A stretch of 59,434 bases of DNA, the filler included, from Basidiobolus ranarum (taxonomy: Eukaryota), in the NCBI GenBank assembly GCA_040143965.1. It is 3 parts of 3 records of this genome, joined end to end, with 100 filler letters (N's around TTAATTAATTAA, not from the genome) between each part and the next. Parts side by side here need not be neighbours in the genome. Positions count along the whole stretch, not along the records: positions 19,885 to 39,640 come from JASJQH010000243.1; positions 39,741 to 59,434 come from JASJQH010000244.1; 1 more part is not named here. One strand, 5' to 3'. This document shows positions 38,273 through 49,989 of this stretch, one piece after another. Within the stretch, counting starts at the first letter, position 1; each line of letters starts with the position of its first letter. The translations under genes were made by a program, and so were the position numbers. A model generated the notes under the pieces. The model was not told the DNA's origin. It searched no databases and saw nothing but the letters and a program-made list of their open reading frames with translations.

Positions 38273-39350
38273 ATGCGTTTAGTTTTCAATATTACTTTAG
38301 GTATTTTTGCTGTTGCAGTGATATCCGCATATCCACAGGCCCAAGATGAATTGGAGTCGTTGAGAGCCGATGAAGAACACCCATATCCTGGTGATTGGTT
38401 TTCGTCGACCACTACTGATGAGCCCCTGGAGGCTATAGATGACACTGCATCTACTTTGAACACTACGGCTTCACATATTTTGGCAAGGAGAAATAGTAAC
38501 AGTGATCCAGCAATAGCTGGAATTATAATTTACTGTAAAACCGGTACTTGGGGCTGTGATAACGAAAGTGTTCCATCAAGGTCATATTTTTGTATGATGA
38601 ATAAACCTCAGTATTCAGCTTGTACGATGGATCAAATTTGTGGAGAAAAGGCACGCGGTATATACGGTTGCATAAAAAAACCACCATGTATCGACAATTC
38701 CATGGCCTGTACTGCTCATAATGTTTCACCAGACTATACTGCCTGCGTAAACGGCCAATCTGTCAAACAAGTATGTCAAGCTGGAGTTTGTATACAAGAC
38801 GGTACCAAGATTAAATGTGAGCCAAGAAAAACCACCAAAAAGGATACGCCTACATATAGTGTCAAGACTGGTGCATTTATCACACGTTTTGGTCAACCTG
38901 TGACAAAAACACTTTCTGAGACAGTCGAGACTGTTGCAGTTGTGGAGACATATGACTATACTGCTGTTTACGAAACTGCTGTAACTTACGAAGCAATTGA
39001 GACTTGGGAAGCAATTGAAACAGAGGAATTGGTTATGACAAATGTGTATACCAATGTCGTCTTAAATACGGATATCCCAACCCCTACAGAGTCCACTGAA
39101 ACTCGCAAGTCTATTGTGACTGAGAGCTATAATGCCACACATTTACACACCGGACAGCATATTACTACAAAGCAAGAGGTGCAACTAGCGTATTTGATAC
39201 TGTTGGCACATACACAACAACTGTCAAGACCGCTAAAAAAACTACTATATACAAACCTACCGAGACTCACAAGCCTACTAACTTACATAAATACACCGAA
39301 TCTCACAAGTCGACTGATTCTCATAAGCCAACTGACACTCATAAAAACAC
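38273..39350 (+). pseudogene. Second, frameshifted and truncated paralog of the secreted Cys-module/His-repeat family
   Basis: Signal peptide MRLVFNITLGIFAVAVISAYPQ (compare MRLVTNILLDIKASALINAFPQ) and two Cys modules. After a +2 shift at about 39139 the frame reads KPTETHKPTNLHKYTESHKSTDSHKPTDTHK. Confidence 0.75.
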
Positions 39351-39640
39351 CAGAGTCAGCTATTTGCTAAGTGTCAGTGCTTTTCAAAATTTAACATGTT
39401 TAGCAATTTTTCAATCGTTAGTTTGCTGGTAAAGCATATTGATGTTTGATATTTATATGCCAAGAATTGTTAACCTTCAATATATTTCTAGAAATCTATT
39501 AGAAGTTATACTTGACAAGAATATTGCTGATCTTTTCATAGAAGAAGTCAAGGAACATCTTGAATGGGAGCTCTTTGATCATACTTTCAGACAGCATATT
39601 GCCAGCCCTCTTTTTGCGCCTTTCTCTTTGGAAAGGGAAC

Positions 39641-39740
39641 NNNNNNNNNNNNNNNNNNNNNNNNNNNNNNNNNNNNNNNNNNNNTTAATTAATTAANNNN
39701 NNNNNNNNNNNNNNNNNNNNNNNNNNNNNNNNNNNNNNNN
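39641..39740. other. Artificial contig linker
   Basis: 44 N + TTAATTAATTAA + 44 N, identical to the first linker. Confidence 0.98.
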
Positions 39741-40345
39741 AGCTCAATTGCTTAAACATGTTCCATCCACCAGATTTGCTATCCATTCTGTATGAATTCA
39801 CCATAATGACCAGGTCAGGTGCCCGATAGTCAGTTGCCTATCTTAGATCAGAGGACTGTGAACAGCTCAATCATAGTGCCATAGTCAGTTTAAGCAAGAG
39901 CCTACAGGCTTAGCGTGCCATTAACCAACCCAAGGCCCGGGGAATTTTGGGCTTCACTCTATATAGGCGCTGGCTCAAGCTGCTAATCATGCCGTGTGCC
40001 TAGTGGATTGTATACTAGTGATCTAGTAACGAATCAACCTCCGCTCCATTTGACACTCAACACATCATTCTATGGCGACATGCAACAGGCAATAAATAGG
40101 GGATATCCAATCCAAATGAATAGCATGCGAGCCAATGGCCTTGCACCATTGTGGTGAAATCAAGCGCCGTGGCTCGCAAGGTCCAAGTTTAATTCTACCA
40201 CTTTTGACTAATTCATGAATGCGATATTCTGCATGGAGCCAGCTCTTTCCAGATTGTAATTAAGGAAATCATGCTGAAACAGTAAGTGAGACCAAATGAC
40301 CTCTCAATTAGCAAAAGTTCATTGTCACTCCAGTCACCCCTTAAC

Positions 40346-40355
40346 TATATATAAA
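40346..40355 (+). promoter_or_regulatory. TATA-like element upstream of microprotein ORF 1
   Basis: TATATATAAA lies about 80 nt before the ATG at 40434. Confidence 0.4.
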
Positions 40356-40433
40356 CTACGTGGATTGTATAAAGTCGGGAGGTCCGGTTGGACTGTTAAT
40401 AGAGAACGAATCTAAATCCCAACCGCCAAAAAT

Positions 40434-40592
40434 ATGCTCAGCTGGATATCTCAAGCACTCCGCCGTACTGCAACCAACACGGCTCCCAAAAATAAAAGCG
40501 CTACCACAACCGTCCTTGCACCGAAATCAACACCCACTTTTGCCTCTGTCAGTGAAAAACAAGAGGTGGTCGATACACTCCTTATTTTGTAA
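40434..40592 (+). CDS. Putative 52-aa microprotein MLSWISQALRRTATNTAPKNKSATTTVLAPKSTPTFASVSEKQEVVDTLLIL (below the ORF-track cutoff)
   Basis: ATG in an A-rich context (AAAAATATG) with an upstream TATA. It has the same length and terminal motifs as the ORF at 41373. Confidence 0.65.
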   Translation: MLSWISQALRRTATNTAPKNKSATTTVLAPKSTPTFASVSEKQEVVDTLLIL

Positions 40593-41372
40593 TATTCCAC
40601 CTTAACCATATATTCTCAATCGTGTATTATGATCCTTGTGCACCATGGTGTTACCTTACGCTTAATCATCCCTTTGCATGCTAGTACAGATATTACTAGC
40701 AAGAATGCTGATTCAACCTCAGGCGTTTCTTGAGATACCGGTCTCCTCACTTGCCACTCTAACTCGCCTGTTCCATACGTAGACCTTAGCCCTTGCACAA
40801 ATACCAACTAGGACCAGTGTTGCTATATATATTCACAATAAATGAAAGCTAAACGTATCATCCCAAATCCAAGCCAATCGTAGGCGATTTCAAATTAACT
40901 CCACCAATACCAAGTGGTAAATGGATAAGGATTCAATTATTTATTAACAATTATTTAGTACCAACATTATGTACGTGGAGATTGGAGTAATCGATGAAAC
41001 TCTAAAAAAGGATTTAAATACAAAAAGAATTCATGGGGAATTCTTGGTTTTCTGTAGATTTCTTACCAACACACTAATAACTTGGCTACTGTATGTAATG
41101 AAGTTTAATTGCCTTAAACTGAAAACGACAGCTACTACAGCAAGTTCCATTGGCCAAGTGAATGAAGTGGGGCTAACTACATGGTCTAGCCAGAGAATCG
41201 ATAAGAACAAAGTTCTGTCTAGATTCGATGGTACATTGCTGGGTAATTACTACAAGAAGCCGTTTTGGATCGGCTAGAAGCATCTTTACACTTGACAACT
41301 AGCTTGATCTAACTCCAGTTGGTATTTAAAGAGCTTATGCGACTTGAGTCTTTCTCCAACAAACCATAAAGT

Positions 41373-41537
41373 ATGAATTCCTGGACCACAAATGTGTTTC
41401 GTCGCGTCTTTGCCTCTACCCGAGGAAGTATCTCTAACACAAAGCCAAGCCCTCCTACAACCTCCAAACCTCACACTAACGCAGTAGACTCTGAGGAGAA
41501 ACGTGAAATGGTTGTGTTGTTACTGTCCACATTTTGA
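41373..41537 (+). CDS. Putative 54-aa microprotein MNSWTTNVFRRVFASTRGSISNTKPSPPTTSKPHTNAVDSEEKREMVVLLLSTF (below the ORF-track cutoff)
   Basis: ATG with A at -3 (AAAGTATG) and TATTTAAA at 41323-41330. It shares MxSWxxxxΦRR and SE.K.E.V..LL with the ORF at 40434. Confidence 0.65.
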   Translation: MNSWTTNVFRRVFASTRGSISNTKPSPPTTSKPHTNAVDSEEKREMVVLLLSTF

Positions 41538-41780
41538 TCCCTACCATTGGGGATTCCATGAGCAGTCGACAAAGCCCTATTACCGCTTTACTGTTGTAAA
41601 AAATCAATAATTTAGATGGCATTTATGTATATTTATTCAACGAAAAGTTTATTACTTCGATTGTATTTCTCGCAATAATAAACGTAAATCAAATGGTTCG
41701 TAAATTGCTACTTCCGAGATAAATCTTAGCTATCGAAAATTTCGATTGAATAAGACTGCACTTGACTCGGTTTACTGGGT

Positions 41781-44584
41781 TCAGATACTCGCTTCTTCAT
41801 CATCATCCTCTACTTCGATATCCCAATCTGCTAACTCGCTCTCTGCGTGGAGCTGTGCAAGACCGGTGATTTCCTCAAGATACTTGGACGAATCGAAGGC
41901 CTGTTTTAAAAAATCAAATCCCTGGTCGGCATAGGCATTGAGCACCTAGATATGAAAAGGAAAAATGAGCTTATAAGCCAAGAAGAACCTTTTCATTTTA
42001 CTTACGATGTTTGAGCACGCAGTACACTTATCGTAAGCGCGCCCAACTACAAGCATATTGCTAAAATGAGACAGAAATCCTCGAATTTGGTGAGGAATGA
42101 GCCCTAGAGGGGTAGTTGTAGACTCTGATATAGATCTAGAGCTATCTGCAGGTGCTAAGGGGCTTTTTCATGATAGCAGTCAGAAAGCGTTGTGATATTG
42201 ATTAGCGATTATGGAAGTTATGTTACCCTTTTTCATGCTGAAGTACAGATACCATCAGCTCTACTGCAGTTGCGCTAGCTATAGCAGAAAGCCCAGGCCT
42301 AGTTACGGTACATTGCTGATCGAGTGTACGATTACTTAGGGACTAAAAACGAGAATGTAAATGCGAAGAATTCAAGGCATTATCCTGAAAGAAAACCACC
42401 AACATCAGTAGGCGCAACGACATCATTACAGAAATAACAACCAAGTTGTGGCTCTTTGCGTTCAGCTTCCATTTCGACGGTTTCGTCATTAACTGATACC
42501 CCATGACGCATAACTACATACGTATCAAAGCCCAGCGCGGCATTAATTACCAACTGATGAGTAAATTTCGATTTAGCCGATTGTTGATATCAATTTGATA
42601 TGATAATCTTTACTTTCTTGTAATGGGCACTTAACATAGTGGGAAGCCATCTGCTCTCTCGACTATCCATTAGAAGGAAGATCACGTCGTGTGAGTTAAT
42701 GAGATTAGCTATCTTATCGACATCGGATTTGGTTTTCTCGACGTCAATAACTGGATGGCCTGGCATAGGTATAGAGATTGTGTGTCCTTCGGATATCTTT
42801 GAGCAGCGTTAATAGGATTGTATAGGCTTGAATAGATTACGTTAACATAATACTAACAACTCCGGGGAAAACCTTTTTAAGGTTATCAGCGGCACAACTG
42901 GCCTTTTCCTTGCCTCCATCAAGACTATCCTCGAAATTGAACAAAGGCTGACGTGCCGGATTGGAGAACGAAACACGGGAATTATCTACAAATGTAATAT
43001 GTCGAACTCCCCAGCCCTATCAAGGATATGAAAGTAAATAGGTTAGACCTGATAAGTTAGCTGATCCAAGTGAATGAACGATATTACTAGAAGACTCCGA
43101 GCAACATAGCATCCTAACGTTCCAGATCCAAGTAGAAGACATTTTTGAGAGGATATTTTCTCCAGATTTAGGCTTGGAAGTAACCGCCATCGCATGAGCT
43201 TCAGATTCAAGTCTACCGCTGTGTTGGCTAGTCTTGTAATCAAAAAGTGAGTTAACGAAGTAGCGACTGGTAATAAATTATCCAACTCACTTCTGAGGAT
43301 CCATCAATGGTGCAAGATCTGCCACTCGGGGTCCTAACTTTCCGTGAGCATTACGTTCCCATCCAACAGCTTTGGGAAGACCACCCTCTACATCATCGAC
43401 ATCGAAAAGTTAGTAAAATCAACCCATGATCGTCTAATAAATCGCCGACTTCCTTACCACCAACATGAAGTTGAGCATGCATGCTTATATGAAGAACTTT
43501 GCTATGCAGAATATCTCTTTTCCCAATAATCTCACGGTAGCATACAACCTTGACTTCCTTCAACTTGAATGTATGTTGTATCAAAGCCAAGTAGTTTCTT
43601 AACGGCCATCCGGGATTCGAAGGAAGGCTACTAGGGTCAGCAAACCCAAAGAAAAGCTAATAAAATACTCTCATTAAAAATCGATGTGCTGGATAATCAA
43701 GGTTAATAAGAACGTTGAACCAACCTTGGAGGCATCGTAATTTATGGAATCTTGGAGTGTCAAAATTTTAACCTCTGCTCCTTCCTGACTGAGAGCAAAA
43801 AACCCATGTTGTTCTTGGGGATGGTTCTCTCGGTATTCCTGGTATTTACTTTGTATCTCGTGGATCTAATGATTGACGAATTAATGAAATATCGGGCTGT
43901 AAGAATCTATCCGACATTTACCATGGTTACATCAAAGACCGAGGCTATGTCTTCTATATCCTTCAACGAATATGGAGGTTCTGTAGTTAAAGCAGGAAAT
44001 CCGAACCAATAGTAGTATTTGTAACTTTTGAGATTAGCAAAAGTAAGAAGTAAAAAACGAGCTAGCAAGTGAGGAGTATTCAACGCAGCACCCGACTCAA
44101 TATCCAACCACACCTATTAGCAAGTATTACTAACTATCAAATATATCCATAAGTACCAAAATAAGAGATTTATGGTACCTGTTTACTACATTCTGTGAAT
44201 AACTGGTTTTTGTCGAGCTTTTTAAATTCCTCAATGGTATTGGTATTTTTGATAAAACCTGGTGCACGGAGGGAATAAGGCGGGAGACTATGAAGGAAAC
44301 ATGTTAAGTTTGAAGTAGATTTAGACGGGGAAAGACAGTAAAGTGTTTGACCTGCTAGATTCCTCATCATAGGAGAAACTTCCTAAACATAATCGAGAAG
44401 GGATGGCTCCTTCCTTGCCTATGGTAGATATACCACCAAGCATCAAGTAATAACCCACTATAGGCTTAATTTCGTCATCTAGCTTGAACTGTTCGATCTT
44501 GAGTTGCGTCAGTGTATGCCAAAAGGGCGCCTCGACAGCACTACAGAAAGGTTCGAATTGTAAGATTGTTTGTTTTTCGCTCAT
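41781..44584 (-). CDS. ATG7: Autophagy E1-like enzyme Atg7 (many short introns)
   Basis: [68 protein letters not shown] and the catalytic [13 protein letters not shown]. The gene ends with the acidic tail ..EDDDEEASI*. Confidence 0.95.
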
Positions 44585-45857
44585 TCAAACAGTTACAGGT
44601 CTCAAAGTGATATCCTAGCACGGACTTCACACAACAGTCCCTTATTCATAGTGCTATACCAGCCATCTAAATCCAGCATTCGTATTAATTAATCATTTAT
44701 CCCCTGATATTCGACAAGTTAAGCATGAATCTAAATTGTATACCACCAGATTAATTTCTGTCAAGCTCACAGATTACAAGCTGGGTAAAGTTAACTCTGA
44801 TATGAGACATAGACATGTAGAACATCATTCTAATTATACAATATCAAGTGGCATTAAATCAAACGTTTAGGGAGCGCAAATTGCCTTAGTGTTGTACCGC
44901 CGTGTGAAATTATTCAATGCCCAGAATTAGTGAGATCAAGTTTCTAGTGAAATGCAATTTACCGTTGTGATATGGAGAAACAAACATTCAACCCCTACCC
45001 TCAACCAACATGATTACTGAATCCGATATGGGAAGATTTGATAGCCACAAACACCCAAAATATATGAAGAGGCACGTATATGCAAACTGAATGCCTTCAA
45101 TCGAAGTGTAATTGCGAATATACATGTACAGTCCGTATGCAGATATGACTCAGATACGTATCCGTGGTTCGTTCTAAGATCCGGTTGCAGTTAGATTGTG
45201 GCCTATTTGACTGGTGGAAATTTCTAGTGAGCGTATGCTATTGATCCGTGCTAGCTAGTAGGCGTACTTCGGCTTAAACGTACTGTCCTGGTTTGAAGTA
45301 GATACTTAATATGACTACTTGCATCGCCTGAAGCACCAGCAGTTGGGTTCAATTCCGGTTTGAAAGGCAAATTGCGATTTCAAAATAAGAAGCTGTACTC
45401 ACCGCCTCCTGTTTACCGAGCGGCTATCCTATCAACACTATTACTTCACTTCTCCACAGCTTCAGAGCAGATTCATTTGCGCATAGCTTGTGATTACGGA
45501 TCAAAAGAACTATACAGAGGCTTAATTTCTACAACAGAGTCGTGGAGAGATCATGGAGCTATCATTCCTGCTAATTTAGATTCAGTTTTTGATCTGGGTG
45601 GCTTATCCCTATACATTGGTTGGCCTGTTAAGAAAGTCATTTAAGTCTTGGAAAAGATTCAGATACAGTGACCGGCTTGATTCTAGCATGATCAACAGAC
45701 AAAGGATTCCTTGCTCAAATCTTCCGTTCTCTCGTGTAGATCGAAGGTCGATCATTTTCATTTGGATATGTAATAAGAGCACTGCAGTACTGAGCAAATC
45801 GTTGTGTTTTAGAGAACCTCTCAAACTACTCACTTGAAGTCAGCAAGATTCCTACCG

Positions 45858-47039
45858 ATGGGTGATAATCTCTCCTTGGATCCTCAGCAGGGAACCTCCA
45901 CACCGGATGTTTCGCTATTCGTACTGAAGCTTTACAGGTAAGTTCGCCCGAATATTGACAGCAGAGTTTAGTCGATGCTTATCCTCAATATCTAGAATAC
46001 TTGAGAGCGACAAATATACTCGCTTCATTCGTTGGAGTGCATCTGGCGATAGTTTTATTATTCAGGATAGTTCGCTCTTCGCTACAGTTGTTCTTCCTAT
46101 ATTTTTCAAGACCTCGGTGTTCACTTCTTTTGTACGTCAGCTCAATGTAAGTAGATCACTACTTCATGTTTTTGGCCAGTAGAAGAGTACTTGCTCAAGC
46201 GTCTAAACATTGTTTGACTACAGAAATATGACTTTCGAAGAATATCTGACGCTAGACGGGGAAAAGGATCGATGCATCACTCCGCCTCAGCCTTCACACA
46301 TCCGAACTTCCGCCAAAACCGATTAGATTTACTTCACTTGATAACTACACAAATAGGAAAATCCACTGGAGCCGACTCAACCGTTGTCTCTCGCAATACT
46401 CTCCTCTTTGACTCTGTCAATGAAGCACTCTTCTCCGAGTTTTATGTCGAGGATTTTTCAAGTGATAATAGTAGCCTAAATGAACATATTGAGGACTCTC
46501 CTGCCCAGAGTAAGCTTTCTTTACAATATAAATTATGTTACGCAGGTATGGATGGCGACACCCAGATCAAATATCCGGAGGAGTGCTTGCAATGTAAGAA
46601 ACTCATGTCCGAGCGTGCTCTGTTAGAGCAACTTGCACAGCGTTTACAAACTAATGTGCTAGCCAAGACGGGAAACCATTCAGCCTTATTACTGCCCAAT
46701 ATCAGATCTAATTGCTTACCAACTTCGACTACTAGATTTCAAAACAGCGAAATCCTGAATTCGTACCCGCTGTATCCATCTTCTAATGAAAATACCGCCT
46801 GGTTTATGAACACATCGCTACAGCCCACAGAATGCCCATACTCTCTACCGTATCAATCTACGAATTCACAGTCTCTGGTCGAACCTGACTCCTCAGCCTC
46901 ACCTTGGTTGCTATCAGAACCCTTGATGCAAGAATCCTGCGAGCTTTCGCCCCAATCACTGCCTCTTGTAGGAGAAAGCTCCCCAGAAGTCTTCTATGAC
47001 TGGCACATGCAGCATGATGTTTGCACAAACATGCTTTAG
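45858..47039 (+). CDS. HSF-type DNA-binding domain transcription factor (exons 45858-45937, 45996-46146, 46224-47039)
   Basis: Spliced product FVLKLYRILES...[12 protein letters not shown]...[25 protein letters not shown]...FTHPNF. Confidence 0.9.
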
Positions 47040-48605
47040 AAACAGAGGTTGATGAAGGTCAAGCCCCAGTTAAGAGCACTAATGATGGATAGCAACTCGT
47101 CTTTTGAAACCATGGCAATAACGGTTTCATAAATTATTCCTGGAGATTTCCCTATCCGTTAGTTGTTCGGAGGGACCCGTTGTTTGGCTCATCACTTCCC
47201 CATCTTTGATGAGGAATCATTGTAACACTAGTACTTGCACAGCCGTGAAATGAATTTATTTTCGTAATTTTGTCAAGAAACACTCAGTAATCAAAACACT
47301 AATCAACAAGAGATCAATTTTGTGATCAGCGGTGAATTGCCTCCTCCGCAGGTGAGACTCAATTAAAGTAACATATTTAACTTCATGCGATAGTCTTCGT
47401 TTACCTGAATTCAATTGTGCGAGATAGAAGACAGTTTAAGGTCATTCATTTCTCATTACAGTAAAGGATCGTCAATGGAATGTCTTGTTAATAGCAGATT
47501 TTGAATTCCTTTATTAGTACAGAGTGAACATATTAGATGTGTACCTCCATCTCTTTGCTTGACTTATGCTGATCTATAAAGTAATACTGGAATCCAGTGC
47601 CGAATGCCTGCAATCCAAACGGGTTGAGAATATTAGTTTGGGCAGAATCACAGGCTAGCACTAAAGTAGTTATAGTAATATCCTTTGAGCGTTGACAACT
47701 GCCGCCATTAGTAGTATCGATGCAACCCTGGCAAGGATTACGGTGTAGAAGAACCATTAGTGATCTATCGAGCCGTTGGGGCCAGAAATATGCATGCTTT
47801 TAGAGAGCCCGTAGAAAGGAGATTAACATTCTAATATTCAATGTATAGTGATTACGTGATAAATGTCTATACAAAATCCACCCAGGGATGCTTGAGATAT
47901 GTCAAAACAGTCTATATAACAATAACCTCATATATATCTATAGACTGTCTCAATTACAGGATACTTCACACAAAGCTCTAACTTTGCACTTCGAACCATG
48001 TCTATCGTATGAGTAACCAGGAGTCTGAAACTACGTACTTTAGTTGAAACATCAATAATTCCTTCCAGAGAATATCGTCCGTTGCAAACCTGAATATATC
48101 TTATCAAATTTGGCCTTTTCCATCCCGGATTATAGAGTGGTTCTTCTTAGAAATACCACCTTCTCAGTGATTAAGAATAAGAAAATAATATAACAGCTCC
48201 TTGGCAGTGCTCTCCCCATTTGAGACTCGGATACCTCCATAATCACCTATTCTTACGGGTGGTTCACTCCAGTGAGCAACAAATGCTTTGTGAGTCCATG
48301 TTTTTATTTGTCTGGTGCTGTGTTGAATGCCCCCTAACTCAAGTACATGCCCGCACCAACATCCAACAAAATAAGTAATGCTCTACTCCATTCAAATACT
48401 AGCGATATCTCATCAAACAGGGCCAGAGATTATGATCACCAAAACTGTATGACATCAAAATATTCACCTCTTTTGCCAGTCACAATAAATTTCAGTTATA
48501 TAGCTGGGGTTATAAAAAAATTTATTTCGATTTCTCCAAGCTGCATAAAATAGCAATCCTGTTGTTCGTTAACTGACCGTTATTCAACTGAATATTCTCC
48601 TTCAA

Positions 48606-49330
48606 ATGTTTGGTCTACGTGCAATTTCGAAACCTGTTGGAAGACTTGTTGCCTTTCGTGCTGCTCGTTTGGCTGCACCACAAGTAGCCTCCGCTGCCAA
48701 GATTCTTCGTATTCAAGCTCCAAAGGCCATTACCGCACTTACTGTAAGTGATTTTCAATGATATCGCACACTCCATTGCTGAATTAAACTTTTTGGTAAA
48801 ATTTCCAATATTAGATTCAAGAGCGTGGTTATGCTGCTCGCTTCCGCCCTGGAGACTGGAATTGCCCAAAGTGTAACACTCATAATTTTTCTTCTCGCGA
48901 CTCATGTTTCCGTTGTGGTGAAGGTGTCGGTAGTAATCGTGAGGTAAATCCTGGAGATTGGTTGTGCCCCAGTTGCTCTTTCTACAACTTTTCTTTCCGC
49001 GAGAGTTGTAACAGTTGTGGGGTATCTGCTCCTGAAGGCCACGTTGTGGTCCCATTTGAACCTAAACCTGTAGAGCCTAGACCTGGTGATTGGGAGTGTC
49101 CCAGTTGTAGTTTCCAAAACTTCGCTTCTCGTAAAACTTGTAAGAAATGTTCAGCTCCTTCCCCAATTGAACTCTTCATAGACGAAGAAAACCAATCCAA
49201 GTCTTGTGTACTTCCCGGTGACTGGATGTGCCCTTCTTGCTCCTTCCATAACTTCAAGTCAAGAACCTCTTGCTTCAAATGTGATACCCCTGCTCCAGTC
49301 AATCCTTCGGAAGATAGTGAGCACTTTTAA
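48606..49330 (+). CDS. 217-aa protein: mitochondrial presequence plus four RanBP2-type zinc fingers (intron 48744-48814)
   Basis: Exon 1 reads MFGLRAISKPVGRLVAFRAARLAAPQVASAAKILRIQAPKAITALT, followed by a GTAAGT..TTAG intron, then IQERGYAAR and four PGDWxCPxCxxxNFxxRxxCxxC units. Confidence 0.88.
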
Positions 49331-49989
49331 TAATCAGGTGATGATAGAGTTTCGTGAACATTTTGCTCCAACTTTATTGCAAGCCGACATAGTCATTGAC
49401 TAGTATTTTGATTACTGTATATTAAATTTCATCCCTCATCTCATCTTCCTTTCCATCTCTGCTTCAGCCGTTGAATATCCCTCATGTTAAAACCCGAGAT
49501 ATTTTCAATGAATGATGATGAGAGTATTTTGCTTCCAAATGTTTCTCAAATAAATGGTCAATAGTTCTCAGAAACTGGATCTATCTGTAAATACATTATA
49601 TTTTCAGCAATGATAATTTAACCGATATAATGATTAAGCAAGTGATATTCTTGTGATGGGTACTAAAGATAGAAGTCCTAAATATTAATGTTTCTCAGGG
49701 AAATCATTTCCTAATATTGGTGGAGTGATAGAAGACGATCTGATATTTCAGAGCAAATTGCTATACTGAAAATAAATGAATTGTGAATTCAAAATGATAT
49801 AAACGAAAAGAAAAGAATAAGGTACAGGATTCGTGAGTGTAAGAGAAATATATGCTTCAAATAAGTTGAAAATATTTGAAATAATAAGATAATGGAGGGG
49901 GCTATTGCTTCGAGCTAAAGTAGCGTGTTGTGGGTAATATCGTGGGGTAGTCTGCGGACCATAAAAAAACATTAAAGGCTTGCTACAAC

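Noticed and set aside
39741-40020. Possible LTR fragment at the start of contig 3
   Set aside because: There is a TATA-like motif, but no second copy, PBS/PPT or retroelement ORF is visible.
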